Source of the DNA: a virus
Lineage: Duplodnaviria; Caudoviricetes
IMG/VR virus record: IMGVR_UViG_3300025012_001675
Location: 1-52,966 of that record
Reading direction: 5' to 3' (one strand)
Length of the DNA: 52,966 nucleotides
This document shows, piece by piece, positions 18,987 to 27,447 of the stretch. The notes below the pieces were generated by a model. It ran no database searches. It saw nothing but the letters and a program-made list of their open reading frames with translations, and was not told the DNA's origin. Both the position numbers and the translations under genes were made by a program. Within the stretch, counting starts at the first letter, position 1. The number at the start of each line of letters is the position of its first letter.

Positions 18987-19856
18987 TTAAACCCCAAGGC
19001 CTCCTAAGGGGCCATTTGACCCGCTTGTTCCGAAGATGTTTTCGAGGCGGCGTTCTTCCGCACCCTTTTCTTCGCCCGGCGAGGTCGGAGCGCCCACTCC
19101 TCTCTCGACTTGCGCTTTGGCTTTCTTGAGGCGAATCTTCTCAGTGTCAGAAACCTTTGTGTCTCCCTTTACTTTTCCAGCGAATCCATCGACCTTCGCA
19201 CACGCTTCTTTGAGCGGCATAACCGTTCCTTTTTGGGAAGCGGCGTCGATCAAAGACAGCACGAGTTCGCGGTACTCTGGACTGGTCTTCAGGAGAGGGT
19301 GATCTTTCTGAGCCTCTCGAATTTCTTGCGCGGCGGAATCTCGCATCCGGCTTCGCGCATCGTAGGTTTTGCCAACGATGCTTTGAACTGTCGTAACCAT
19401 CCATTCTGCGAACTGCTTGGGAGTCATCTTGGCCAGTTCTTCGTCATTAGGCACATCTACTCCCTCGCCCTTACCTTCATCGTTTTCCTTCTTGGAATCA
19501 GGCTTGGTTTTTGTTCGCTTGGGCGGTTGGTTTTTTGTTTCGAGCTCCTCATACATTCGGATCACTTCCTCACGGCTTTTGCCGTGCCACTTGTTTTTCT
19601 GCTTGGATGCCTCGCCCCCTGCATCTTCCTCGGTTTCTTCTTCATCATCGGAATCATCCGATTCGCCATCATCCGATTCTTCCTCATCAGTTTCTTCGTC
19701 TTCGTCGGTTTCTTCTTCAGAATCTTTGGTGTCGGTTTCCTCGTCTTCTTCCTCACCCTTATCTTCCTGGATGTCTTCTTCTTCGGTATCCGTTTCCTCA
19801 TCTTCCGAGTTTGCGTTGAGGAGAGCGTCGAGCTCCTTTTTACGATCTTGATTCAT
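18987..19856 (-). CDS. Capsid scaffolding protein
   Basis: Very acidic N-terminus; directly upstream of the capsid gene. Confidence 0.65.
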   Translation of the reverse strand: MNQDRKKELDALLNANSEDEETDTEEEDIQEDKGEEEDEETDTKDSEEETDEDEETDEEESDDGESDDSDDEEETEEDAGGEASKQKNKWHGKSREEVIRMYEELETKNQPPKRTKTKPDSKKENDEGKGEGVDVPNDEELAKMTPKQFAEWMVTTVQSIVGKTYDARSRMRDSAAQEIREAQKDHPLLKTSPEYRELVLSLIDAASQKGTVMPLKEACAKVDGFAGKVKGDTKVSDTEKIRLKKAKAQVERGVGAPTSPGEEKGAEERRLENIFGTSGSNGPLGGLGV

Positions 19857-19945
19857 AAAAGCGCTTGTTAAATTGAATTTTTATTTACTAGTTTGGGGTT
19901 CGACCTTGCCCCAATGTTTTTGCCATGTACTCCATAGGCATCGTG

Positions 19946-20224
19946 CTACTCTTGGCTCATTGCACCCGCCGCTTCGTCTTTTTCACGAATAGCATCGTCG
20001 ACCAATGCGAGAATTTTCTCGTAAGCGTTAGCATTGGCTCGGTGCTGAAGATAGTCGGAAGCAATTTGCTCGGCTGTCTTTCCCGAAATGTCAAAATCCC
20101 GAAGCTCCGCATATTCAATTGCGATCTCTGCACGAATTTTTGCTTCGAGCCATTTCCAGCCAGCCGTTCTGACCATCCCCAGCACCGCCAACCCCATATC
20201 GAATTTTTCTTCATTGGTCTGCAT
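19946..20224 (-). CDS. Hypothetical phage protein
   Basis: Start MQTNEE; helical with a GWK motif; lies between portal and scaffold. Confidence 0.55.
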   Translation of the reverse strand: MQTNEEKFDMGLAVLGMVRTAGWKWLEAKIRAEIAIEYAELRDFDISGKTAEQIASDYLQHRANANAYEKILALVDDAIREKDEAAGAMSQE

Positions 20225-20228
20225 AGAT

Positions 20229-20561
20229 TTATTGCTGTTCTTCTTCCGGTGCGGGCTCCGGCGGAAGATCCATCTCCGGACCATTCGTCATGAGTCCGCC
20301 GAGATCTCTGCCTCCAACATCGGTATCAAGCATGTCTTGAAGGGTGGCAATCAGGCTTTCCAACACTTCGCTGAAGTCAGACTTACCTGATTGATAGGCT
20401 TCCTTTGCCGCGCCTATCACGCTTTCGACCTTTTTCCAGCGAGCTTCCATTTGCCCACTCTCCTCTCGCATGGTTTTCTGATTCTTAAACTCGATCTTGT
20501 CGCCTTCTGGAAACCTTTCGTCGGCTAGATCGTTCTTCTTTTTCATTTTTTTGTCTTGCAT
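20229..20561 (-). CDS. Hypothetical phage protein
   Basis: 110-aa ORF in operon. Confidence 0.55.
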   Translation of the reverse strand: MQDKKMKKKNDLADERFPEGDKIEFKNQKTMREESGQMEARWKKVESVIGAAKEAYQSGKSDFSEVLESLIATLQDMLDTDVGGRDLGGLMTNGPEMDLPPEPAPEEEQQ

Positions 20562-20580
20562 ATGAATGTGATTAAATTGA

Positions 20581-20775
20581 TTAATCCTCGACCTTTTCGA
20601 TGGTTAACTTGAGTTTGTGACCCAAGTCGATTTTGGAAGATTCCTCTTTGGAGAGGTAAACCGTATGCACTCGGCCTTGGTCTTCCTGCAAGGACACGAT
20701 GCAATCGCCGCCACTCAAGGTCTTGCTCAATACAATTGCGGTGATCACCTTGGTTGTCTGATTATTTTTTGCCAT
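20581..20775 (-). CDS. Hypothetical phage protein
   Basis: 64-aa ORF in operon. Confidence 0.5.
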   Translation of the reverse strand: MAKNNQTTKVITAIVLSKTLSGGDCIVSLQEDQGRVHTVYLSKEESSKIDLGHKLKLTIEKVED

Positions 20776-20779
20776 AGCG

Positions 20780-22663
20780 TTATTGGTTAATTGTTTTTCG
20801 ACCTCGACCGATAATTGGAATTCTCGACAGCACGCTTCTTAAGAAGCCGGGACGCGCTTGCGGAGATGGTGGTGGCAACGCGTCCGGTGGAGCACCTGCT
20901 TCCGATATAGGTGGAGGTTCTCCCGGCTGAATTACTGGTTCTTTACCTTGAGTAGTTTCGTTTTTTTCTTCACCAAGAATTACGACTCGATACGCCTCTT
21001 TGCCCATTTCTTCGAGGATCATTTCCTGAATCGCGCGCTTTCGCTTTTTCCATTGTTTGATTTCATCGGGGCTGTTCGGATCAGGTTTGTCCTGCGCCAC
21101 AAACTTGTCGTAAAGGAGCAAAGACTGATTAAGTCGAGCCTGCTGGTCGGGAGGCACGACCGGATCAACAGTCACCACGGCATCGACCTTTACTTCTTTG
21201 TCCGCCATTGTGAATTCCTTAAAGCTGACTTCGTCCCCGATTACGCGATATAATTTGTCTTCTTCAATAAATTCCTGGTTCATCTCTATCAGCATGTTGG
21301 CCAAGCTGCTCAGCGTCTCGGATAAGTTTTGAGCGAAAGAACTTAAGCGTAAGTTGCTCTGACCGATGAGCATAGCCACTTTGCCCAGCGGTTCATCGGG
21401 AGACTTTGGCATGCCTTGGGCATATTCGGAGATAGCCAGCGTCCGCTCAATCTCATCACGCAAGGCTCTTTCTTCGTTCACTCCCATGAGGCTAATATCG
21501 GGCAATCGTTCGACTACCACGTCATCCATCTTACGAAGCTCCCATTTTGCACCCGGCGCGAAAATAATATCGTTTTTGGAAATGCCGGAGTCTTTGCGAA
21601 TCTTAATTACCGGATCAAGCATGAGAATGACATCGTCCATGCGCTGGTTGCGAAGATCGGCGATTTCAACAATAGTCGTTTCAACCGGCTCAATATGGCC
21701 AATGCCCCAAAGTTCCCAGTTGACTTCGTGATCTGCCAAGTTCAGGAAGATTCGGCCGTGATTCACTTTTTTATATGGATTCTCATCATCGCGCATTATC
21801 ACTTCACGGTTGCCGAACGTGATCAGTTTTCCTTCTTCAAAGTCGTAGCACTCCCACAGCTCGATCTGCTTTTCCGGTTCGTACTTTTCTCCGGTGACTT
21901 TAATTACTGAGTTGGAAGTTTCTACCGATTCTGAACTTTGAATCTGTCCCATCTTTTTGGTGTTCACCTCATATCGTTCCTTTTTCCAATCCTCGACTTG
22001 TTTTGCTTCGAGGAAATTCACATTTTTATAAAGTGCGTTTTCGCCGCGGGCTTTTTCTTCGCGCTCGATCTTGTCTTTTGATTTCAAAATGCGGCGGATA
22101 AGCCACGGGCAATCTTCTTCTAAGTCTTCAGTTTCGGGAGCGGGCAAAATGTCCCACAGGTCGCAGATGGTGAGGAACGGATCATCGTGATCAATACTTT
22201 CATCGGTAAGCCAGGTCAGCATGCCGATTCCGTTCCCATATGTAGAAGCGGATTTTACCCACTTGGGAAGTTTTTTCGACAGTTTAATAATGTCGAAATC
22301 GTAGCCAACCAGATCATTCCAGGCACCAATAGATTTTGATTCAGTGTCTTTTTTGTCTCGTGGAAGAATGCGCGTTTTTCGTTTAGCGGTCGCAAGACGC
22401 GAGGCTACTGTTTCCACGATCTGAAATGCAATCGGAGGCATGAGCCTGGTCTGGTACGCGTAGTTTGTTTTTTCCTGATAGGCCCGGTAGTGCTTGTACA
22501 TGCGAAGCCACTTTGCACGATAAGGGCGCAGGTATTCTTCTGCGCGTGTGAATCGCTTTTTCCATTTTTCAATGAGCACCTGCTCGTCGGCCGATGGCGA
22601 ATAAACCTCCTTTTTGGAAGTTTCTTCTTCTTTAATTTTTTGAGGTGATGCTGATTCCGCCAT
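20780..22663 (-). CDS. Portal protein (P22-like)
   Basis: ~627 aa; YGNGI, IELWECY, DENPY, WGIGHIEP, NQRMDDV motifs; first gene of the head operon. Confidence 0.85.
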   Translation of the reverse strand: MAESASPQKIKEEETSKKEVYSPSADEQVLIEKWKKRFTRAEEYLRPYRAKWLRMYKHYRAYQEKTNYAYQTRLMPPIAFQIVETVASRLATAKRKTRILPRDKKDTESKSIGAWNDLVGYDFDIIKLSKKLPKWVKSASTYGNGIGMLTWLTDESIDHDDPFLTICDLWDILPAPETEDLEEDCPWLIRRILKSKDKIEREEKARGENALYKNVNFLEAKQVEDWKKERYEVNTKKMGQIQSSESVETSNSVIKVTGEKYEPEKQIELWECYDFEEGKLITFGNREVIMRDDENPYKKVNHGRIFLNLADHEVNWELWGIGHIEPVETTIVEIADLRNQRMDDVILMLDPVIKIRKDSGISKNDIIFAPGAKWELRKMDDVVVERLPDISLMGVNEERALRDEIERTLAISEYAQGMPKSPDEPLGKVAMLIGQSNLRLSSFAQNLSETLSSLANMLIEMNQEFIEEDKLYRVIGDEVSFKEFTMADKEVKVDAVVTVDPVVPPDQQARLNQSLLLYDKFVAQDKPDPNSPDEIKQWKKRKRAIQEMILEEMGKEAYRVVILGEEKNETTQGKEPVIQPGEPPPISEAGAPPDALPPPSPQARPGFLRSVLSRIPIIGRGRKTINQ

Positions 22664-23024
22664 AGGAAATAAAATAAGCCGAGACCCTTTTAAGGCTCGG
22701 CTCAATTATTTCCAATCTGGTTCCTGTCGGTTCAATGCGAGGCCGAAGCCTCAAGAGGATAAACAAAAAGCGGGACTACCACTTCTCGTCATCACGACAG
22801 CCATAATAAAATAGCTGTTGATGACAGAAGTCGTAGCCCCGTCTCGTTTAGCCCGGTAAACCCGGACGCCGTCAGGCAATCGCTTTCTGTTGAGTAAATT
22901 ATAGCACAATACAAAAACACCTTGCAATAGGTGCTCTGTGTACAACGATTCTACTCTTTGCGGGATCGTTTTGCATAAAGCCCGCCGCCAAGAGTAGAAA
23001 CCTTTCGGTCTCAACGTATGAGTT

Positions 23025-23131
23025 TCCCCACACGACCATCCAAGGATCCCTGACGACGGGTTCTATACCTTGGATGGATTAATGCCATGCCTGTCGAAAA
23101 TTACTACGACAGGTTTAGGCAATTCAATTGT
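23025..23131 (-). repeat. Structured ~108-nt element, copy A
   Basis: Shares ordered plus-strand blocks TCCCC.CA..ACCATC / CTTGGATGG / CCATGCC / GGTTTAGGC / ATTCA.TTGT with 26250-26358. Confidence 0.6.
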
Positions 23132-23182
23132 ACCTTCATTATATCAATAAAATTAAATTTTGAACATATGTAAAAAGAGAAA

Positions 23183-23214
23183 GGGGCTATCCACGATGTG
23201 TTGTGGATAGCCCC
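23183..23214 (-). terminator. Hairpin downstream of the DGR variable region (terminator and/or target-recognition stem-loop)
   Basis: GGGGCTATCCAC-8nt-GTGGATAGCCCC perfect 12-bp stem with U-rich tail on minus. Confidence 0.65.
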
Positions 23215-23286
23215 AATTTTTTCGACCGCCTGCGGCGGAATTCAAGGGATCAAAAGCCCCAAGAATTCAAGACCTCAAGGATCGAT

Positions 23287-24180
23287 TTACTGCGAGAGGA
23301 AGCCGGACACCGACCCGAAGAGGTCGAGCGGGCTGCCAACGAAGTACGCGTCGAACCCGACCCCGCCGCCGTGGAAGCGGAAGTAGGGAGACCCGGAGAA
23401 GCCGCCAAAGGCCACCGGAGAGAACTCGTCGCCAGAACAATCCATGTCCAGTTCCTCCCAACGGACGAGCCGTTCGGGATGAGTCAGAACGATGGAACCG
23501 ACTGCGAGACTTCCGAGACCGAACTCGTTGGCCACGAAGACCTCACGAGCCCGACGGACGGACTTGCCGCGATGGCGCATGCCGAGCTGGGCAGCGACGA
23601 TCAGGATGTCGCCCTTCTGCGTTTCGGCGATGAGATCCAGCGCGTGCGCCGTGCGAGCGTGAACCCGCAGTTGCGCCGGCGTGATCTGACCCTCACGGTA
23701 GTTGTAGAACGACCGGGAGTCGGCGATCTTGGTGTGAACGATCTGGACTGCCTGGCAGTACTTCTGGATCGGATCGGTCACTTCGGGGAAGTGCTTTGCC
23801 GCCAGTGCGTCCACCGAGGGAATCGCGAACCATCCTTCGGCACCGTTCGGGAGTTCCGGCAAGGTCTTGGCGAATTCGAGCGCGTGGCTCGGATCGAGAC
23901 CGAAGATCTTGGCGATCGCCTTGATCTGGTCGTTGATCGGCTTCGGCCCTTTGTACTCCTTCGGGTACGTGTAGTTGGAACGAACTTCCTCGTTGGCGTA
24001 CTGGTTGGACTGGGACAGATCAGCGATGAGCTTCGCGATCCCGTCCTGCAGTTCGCCACCGCGCTCGTTGAGCCGCTGTGCACGTGCCTCGTCGAGCTTG
24101 GACTTGTTGTAGACGGCCTCGAAGAGACCGGTTGCGTGGAGACCTTTCGGGTCTCGGCTGGTGATCAATGTCTGTGACAT
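23287..24180 (-). CDS. DGR target protein with C-terminal variable region
   Basis: Last 44 codons match TR except at adenines; AGGAGG precedes the ATG at 24180. Confidence 0.9.
   Translation of the reverse strand: MSQTLITSRDPKGLHATGLFEAVYNKSKLDEARAQRLNERGGELQDGIAKLIADLSQSNQYANEEVRSNYTYPKEYKGPKPINDQIKAIAKIFGLDPSHALEFAKTLPELPNGAEGWFAIPSVDALAAKHFPEVTDPIQKYCQAVQIVHTKIADSRSFYNYREGQITPAQLRVHARTAHALDLIAETQKGDILIVAAQLGMRHRGKSVRRAREVFVANEFGLGSLAVGSIVLTHPERLVRWEELDMDCSGDEFSPVAFGGFSGSPYFRFHGGGVGFDAYFVGSPLDLFGSVSGFLSQ
23289..23421 (-). repeat. DGR variable repeat (VR)
   Basis: 132-nt alignment to TR: 25 mismatches, 23 opposite TR adenines. Confidence 0.95.
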
Positions 24181-24332
24181 CGTCATCCTCCTTCTATGTT
24201 TGGATTTGCCAGAGTCGCTCCGGCTAACGGCTTCCTCTGCATGAGGTAGCGCAATAGGCATAAAATAGCCCTTACGCCCAATGCGCTACCTCATAAATAA
24301 GCCTGTTTTTAAAGAACTGATTCTGACGCTTA

Positions 24333-24361
24333 AGTATAGCAAATATAGGCCGTTATGTCAA
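24333..24361 (-). promoter_or_regulatory. Sigma70-type promoter for the DGR target gene
   Basis: TTGACA-17nt-TATACT on minus. Confidence 0.7.
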
Positions 24362-24365
24362 GTAT

Positions 24366-24395
24366 TTGGCCATATCCCCTTCTTTAGGATATAAT
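24366..24395 (+). promoter_or_regulatory. Candidate divergent promoter for the TR RNA
   Basis: TTGGCC-18nt-TATAAT on plus. Confidence 0.45.
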
Positions 24396-24656
24396 ACGCT
24401 TGAGTATAGGCTAATGTACAGTCGTCCATGGATTACTGTCGCCGAACTCTATCATTTCAACGATAACAACCAGAGTCATGGAGACTACGGTTTCCAAGAG
24501 AGTGTTGTGTTGAGGAGATACTGCTTGTCCTCGTCTGGTGCAGGTTTCGCCGCAAGGCGGATGCTGTTAAATTAAGTTCAAGGCTAAGAGCGTATAGTTC
24601 CGTTTCCAACGGGAAGTAAAGTTCAAGGCCTGGTGACACAGATGGATGAGGGCAAT

Positions 24657-24789
24657 TATCCGGAGGCCGATGGCGACTTCTCCAAGTCTCCCTACTTCAA
24701 CTTCAACGACGGCAAGGTCAAGTTCGACACGAACTTCGTTGACAACCCGAACGACAACTTCGGTTCGGTGTCCGGCTTCCTCTCGAAGT
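24657..24789 (+). ncRNA. DGR template repeat (TR)
   Basis: AAC/AAG/GAC-rich copy of VR with 30 adenines; inverted relative to VR on the chromosome. Confidence 0.95.
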
Positions 24790-24801
24790 CTCTCCGCAGC
24801 A

Positions 24802-24834
24802 AGAAAGGGTATCCGCAAAACGGATACCCTTTCT
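24802..24834. terminator. Perfect 14-bp hairpin between TR and the avd stop
   Basis: AGAAAGGGTATCCG-CAAAA-CGGATACCCTTTCT. Confidence 0.65.
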
Positions 24835-24839
24835 CTTAA

Positions 24840-25187
24840 TCAAGACTTGGTGGATCGAATCCAACCGCCAAGCATGCGGCCGATCTCATCCACTATACTT
24901 TCCAATGCTACGTACTTTTTCGAATCGATGGCCCTAACGTCTTTCATAAGGCGAATAAAGACCCTGAGAAGGTTGAGCTTGAGGCTGCATCGTTCCAATG
25001 TCGGCCCTTTCGCTTGCTTCTGTTCGCCGCTCGCTTGAAGTATGCTTTCAATCACGTCAAGAATCAGTTGCTCGCATCGTTCGAAGATCGTGAATCGATC
25101 TTGTTTGGGCACGACCTTTCTGTACTCATGAAAGAGTTTGAACAGGTCGTACGCTTTCTTGAAGATCGGGATATCGAAGTCATTCAT
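24840..25187 (-). CDS. avd: DGR accessory variability determinant (four-helix bundle)
   Basis: IPIFKKAYDL...PKQDRF...EIGRMLGGW motifs of bAvd; between TR and RT. Confidence 0.9.
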   Translation of the reverse strand: MNDFDIPIFKKAYDLFKLFHEYRKVVPKQDRFTIFERCEQLILDVIESILQASGEQKQAKGPTLERCSLKLNLLRVFIRLMKDVRAIDSKKYVALESIVDEIGRMLGGWIRSTKS

Positions 25188-26241
25188 GGTTATGAAGATT
25201 TATAAGGAATTATTCAATCGAATCGCATCGCTAGAAAACATCGTTGCGGCGTGGGAGGAATTTCGAAGCGATAAAGGCAAAAAGGCCGATGTTCAGGCTT
25301 TTGAGTTTTCGCTTGAGCAAAATCTCTTTTCCCTACATCGCGATTTGATTGCCAAACGCTACTCACACGGGCCGTATAAGGGTTTCTATATCCGCGATCC
25401 GAAAGTGCGCCACATTCACAAGGCCACGGTGCGCGACAGGGTTTTGCACCATGCGGTTTTCCGAATTCTGAATCCCATTTTTGAGAAGACCTTTATCGCC
25501 AATTCGTTTTCGTGTCGCATCGGCAAAGGAACACACAAAGGCGTGCTGGCCGCCGAGAGCATGATCCGAAGAGAGAGCCGAAACTACACAAGACCTTGCT
25601 TCGCACTCAAGTGCGATGTGCGGAAGTTTTTTGATTCGATTGATCACGAAATTCTGTTGGCAATTCTCAAGAAGCGAATAGTCGATCCGGACACCATGTG
25701 GCTTATGGAGCAGATTGTTCGAAGTTTTTCGGCCGGACAGACGACACTTTTTGAGCGTCATGGTGTGCCGATCGGCAACCTCACTTCGCAATTGTTCGCC
25801 AACGTCTACATGAACGAATTCGACCAATTCGTTAAGCACGATTTGAAGGTCAAACATTACGCGCGCTACACCGACGACTTTGTGATAATTTCCACCGACG
25901 AAAAATATCTGGAAGGGCTTCTTGACCCGTTCCGGAAAGTTATCGGGGACAAATTGAAGCTCTCTTTGCATCCCAAGAAGTGCGCCATCCTTGATGCAGG
26001 TCAAGGCGTGGACTTTTTGGGATACGTGATTCTGCCGCACTATCGCCTACTTCGAAGCAAAACGAAACACCGGATATTTCGCAAGCTCAAAGACCGAGTG
26101 GCGCAGTTTCGCCGGGGCGAGATCGACGAGCATTCTTTGTCCCAATCGCTTCAGTCGTACTTGGGTGCGCTGTCTCATGCTCACACTTATCAACTGAGTC
26201 AAGACCTTAGAAACCAGTGCTGGTATTGGATTCACGAGTAA
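25186..26241 (+). CDS. DGR reverse transcriptase
   Basis: PKVRHI, RDRVLHHA, SCRIGKGTH, KCDVRKFFDSI, GVPIGNLTSQ, RYTDDF, DFLGY; no maturase or endonuclease domain. Confidence 0.95.
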   Translation: MVMKIYKELFNRIASLENIVAAWEEFRSDKGKKADVQAFEFSLEQNLFSLHRDLIAKRYSHGPYKGFYIRDPKVRHIHKATVRDRVLHHAVFRILNPIFEKTFIANSFSCRIGKGTHKGVLAAESMIRRESRNYTRPCFALKCDVRKFFDSIDHEILLAILKKRIVDPDTMWLMEQIVRSFSAGQTTLFERHGVPIGNLTSQLFANVYMNEFDQFVKHDLKVKHYARYTDDFVIISTDEKYLEGLLDPFRKVIGDKLKLSLHPKKCAILDAGQGVDFLGYVILPHYRLLRSKTKHRIFRKLKDRVAQFRRGEIDEHSLSQSLQSYLGALSHAHTYQLSQDLRNQCWYWIHE

Positions 26242-26249
26242 AAATAAAA

Positions 26250-26358
26250 TCCCCGCAAAACCATCTTCTGCGCGAAAGCACAGAAAAATCCTTGCGAGGA
26301 CAGCTTGGATGGTTTTGCGACCATGCCCGGTAACGGGTTTAGGCCTTTATTCAGTTGT
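26250..26358 (-). repeat. Structured ~108-nt element, copy B
   Basis: See copy A; 12-bp stem CGCAAAACCATC/GATGGTTTTGCG encloses two small hairpins. Confidence 0.6.
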
Positions 26359-26421
26359 TGAGCTAGTTTAGCAGGTCTATTAAGTTATGAACAGTTTTAC
26401 TTAACAAATTAAATGGTCGCA

Positions 26422-27447
26422 TTATTTCCCTGCAGCCACCAGGTGATTCATGATATTTGAAGATTGAATATAGCTGAATTTTGGCGGCAGAGCGTTTCCT
26501 ATTAAAAGAGAAATCGAGGTTTTGGAAATGTCAGTCGGAAACTTGTATGTTTTAGGAAATGTTTGCAGAAGTGCGGCTTCGCGAGCGGTGATGGCGCGAT
26601 CTTCCTGCGGATGCAAGAACCTGCCTTTTGAAGGGTTGAGGCAACCGCCGGTTATGGTGGATGAATAATCATCCCAACGCAACCGACCGTATACATCGTT
26701 AAATCCCACGCCATCTCCCTTGTGGCACTTCAGCTCAAATCTTTTCGGCAAATCGGTGCGGCTCCCGCCGTTTTTTGGCGTCGCCTTTATGCGCTTCATT
26801 ATCTTGGGTGTATGAGACGCCACTATTTTATGCACGGGGTCTGCAGTCTTTGAAACAGATTCTATGTGTCCAATCATGTCCCGTACTGTGACCTTTTCTC
26901 CCGTAGCCGGTGCGATGTCTATATCGCCCAACAATGATCCCACAACTACCAAGCGTTTGCGGCGTTGAGGAATGCCATACTGTTGAATGCTGACCGGTTT
27001 AAATTTTGGATTATACCCCAATTTTTGCAATTCCCGAACCACATATTTGAATAAATTGTAGTTAACCAGTCCGGGAACATTTTCCATCATGATCGTTAAA
27101 GGCTTCAAAGCTTTTACAAAACGCAGGTACTCCAGAACAAGGTTGTTTCTGTTGTCGCGTTTGCTGCGTTTCTTGTTCAGCCTACGCATTGAAGAAAACC
27201 CTTGACAGGGCGGACAACCGGCCAAGAGATGCAAAGGACTGCCGTTGAGAATTTTCTTTATATCGGCGGTGTTCACATTGCGTATATCACCCTCGAACAC
27301 TTTCGTGTCGGGGTGATTCAGACGATAAGTGGCGACCGAATCCGCGTCATTATCAAAAGCGGCGGACACATCGAATCCTGCATTCCTGAGTCCTTCGGAA
27401 AGTCCGCCGCATCCGGAAAATAAATCTATTGCAAAATATTTTTTCAT
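26422..27447 (-). CDS. dcm: C5 cytosine DNA methyltransferase
   Basis: DLFSGCGG, GCPPCQGFS, ENV, PQRRKR and IGNA motifs. Confidence 0.92.
   Translation of the reverse strand: MKKYFAIDLFSGCGGLSEGLRNAGFDVSAAFDNDADSVATYRLNHPDTKVFEGDIRNVNTADIKKILNGSPLHLLAGCPPCQGFSSMRRLNKKRSKRDNRNNLVLEYLRFVKALKPLTIMMENVPGLVNYNLFKYVVRELQKLGYNPKFKPVSIQQYGIPQRRKRLVVVGSLLGDIDIAPATGEKVTVRDMIGHIESVSKTADPVHKIVASHTPKIMKRIKATPKNGGSRTDLPKRFELKCHKGDGVGFNDVYGRLRWDDYSSTITGGCLNPSKGRFLHPQEDRAITAREAALLQTFPKTYKFPTDISKTSISLLIGNALPPKFSYIQSSNIMNHLVAAGK

Noticed and set aside
23203-24177. 324-aa plus-strand ORF antisense to the DGR target (and similar long antisense ORFs, e.g. 11353-12168, 19110-19871, 45634-46413)
   Set aside because: Shadow ORFs from codon bias on the real minus-strand genes; no motifs.
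24633-24839. 68-aa plus-strand ORF over TR
   Set aside because: It is the reading-frame shadow of VR in the template repeat; no evidence it is a protein.
25138-26241. RT as group II intron, retron or CRISPR-associated RT
   Set aside because: Adjacent avd, TR/VR pair with A-specific mismatches and GxPIGNLTSQ motif identify a DGR RT; no maturase domain.
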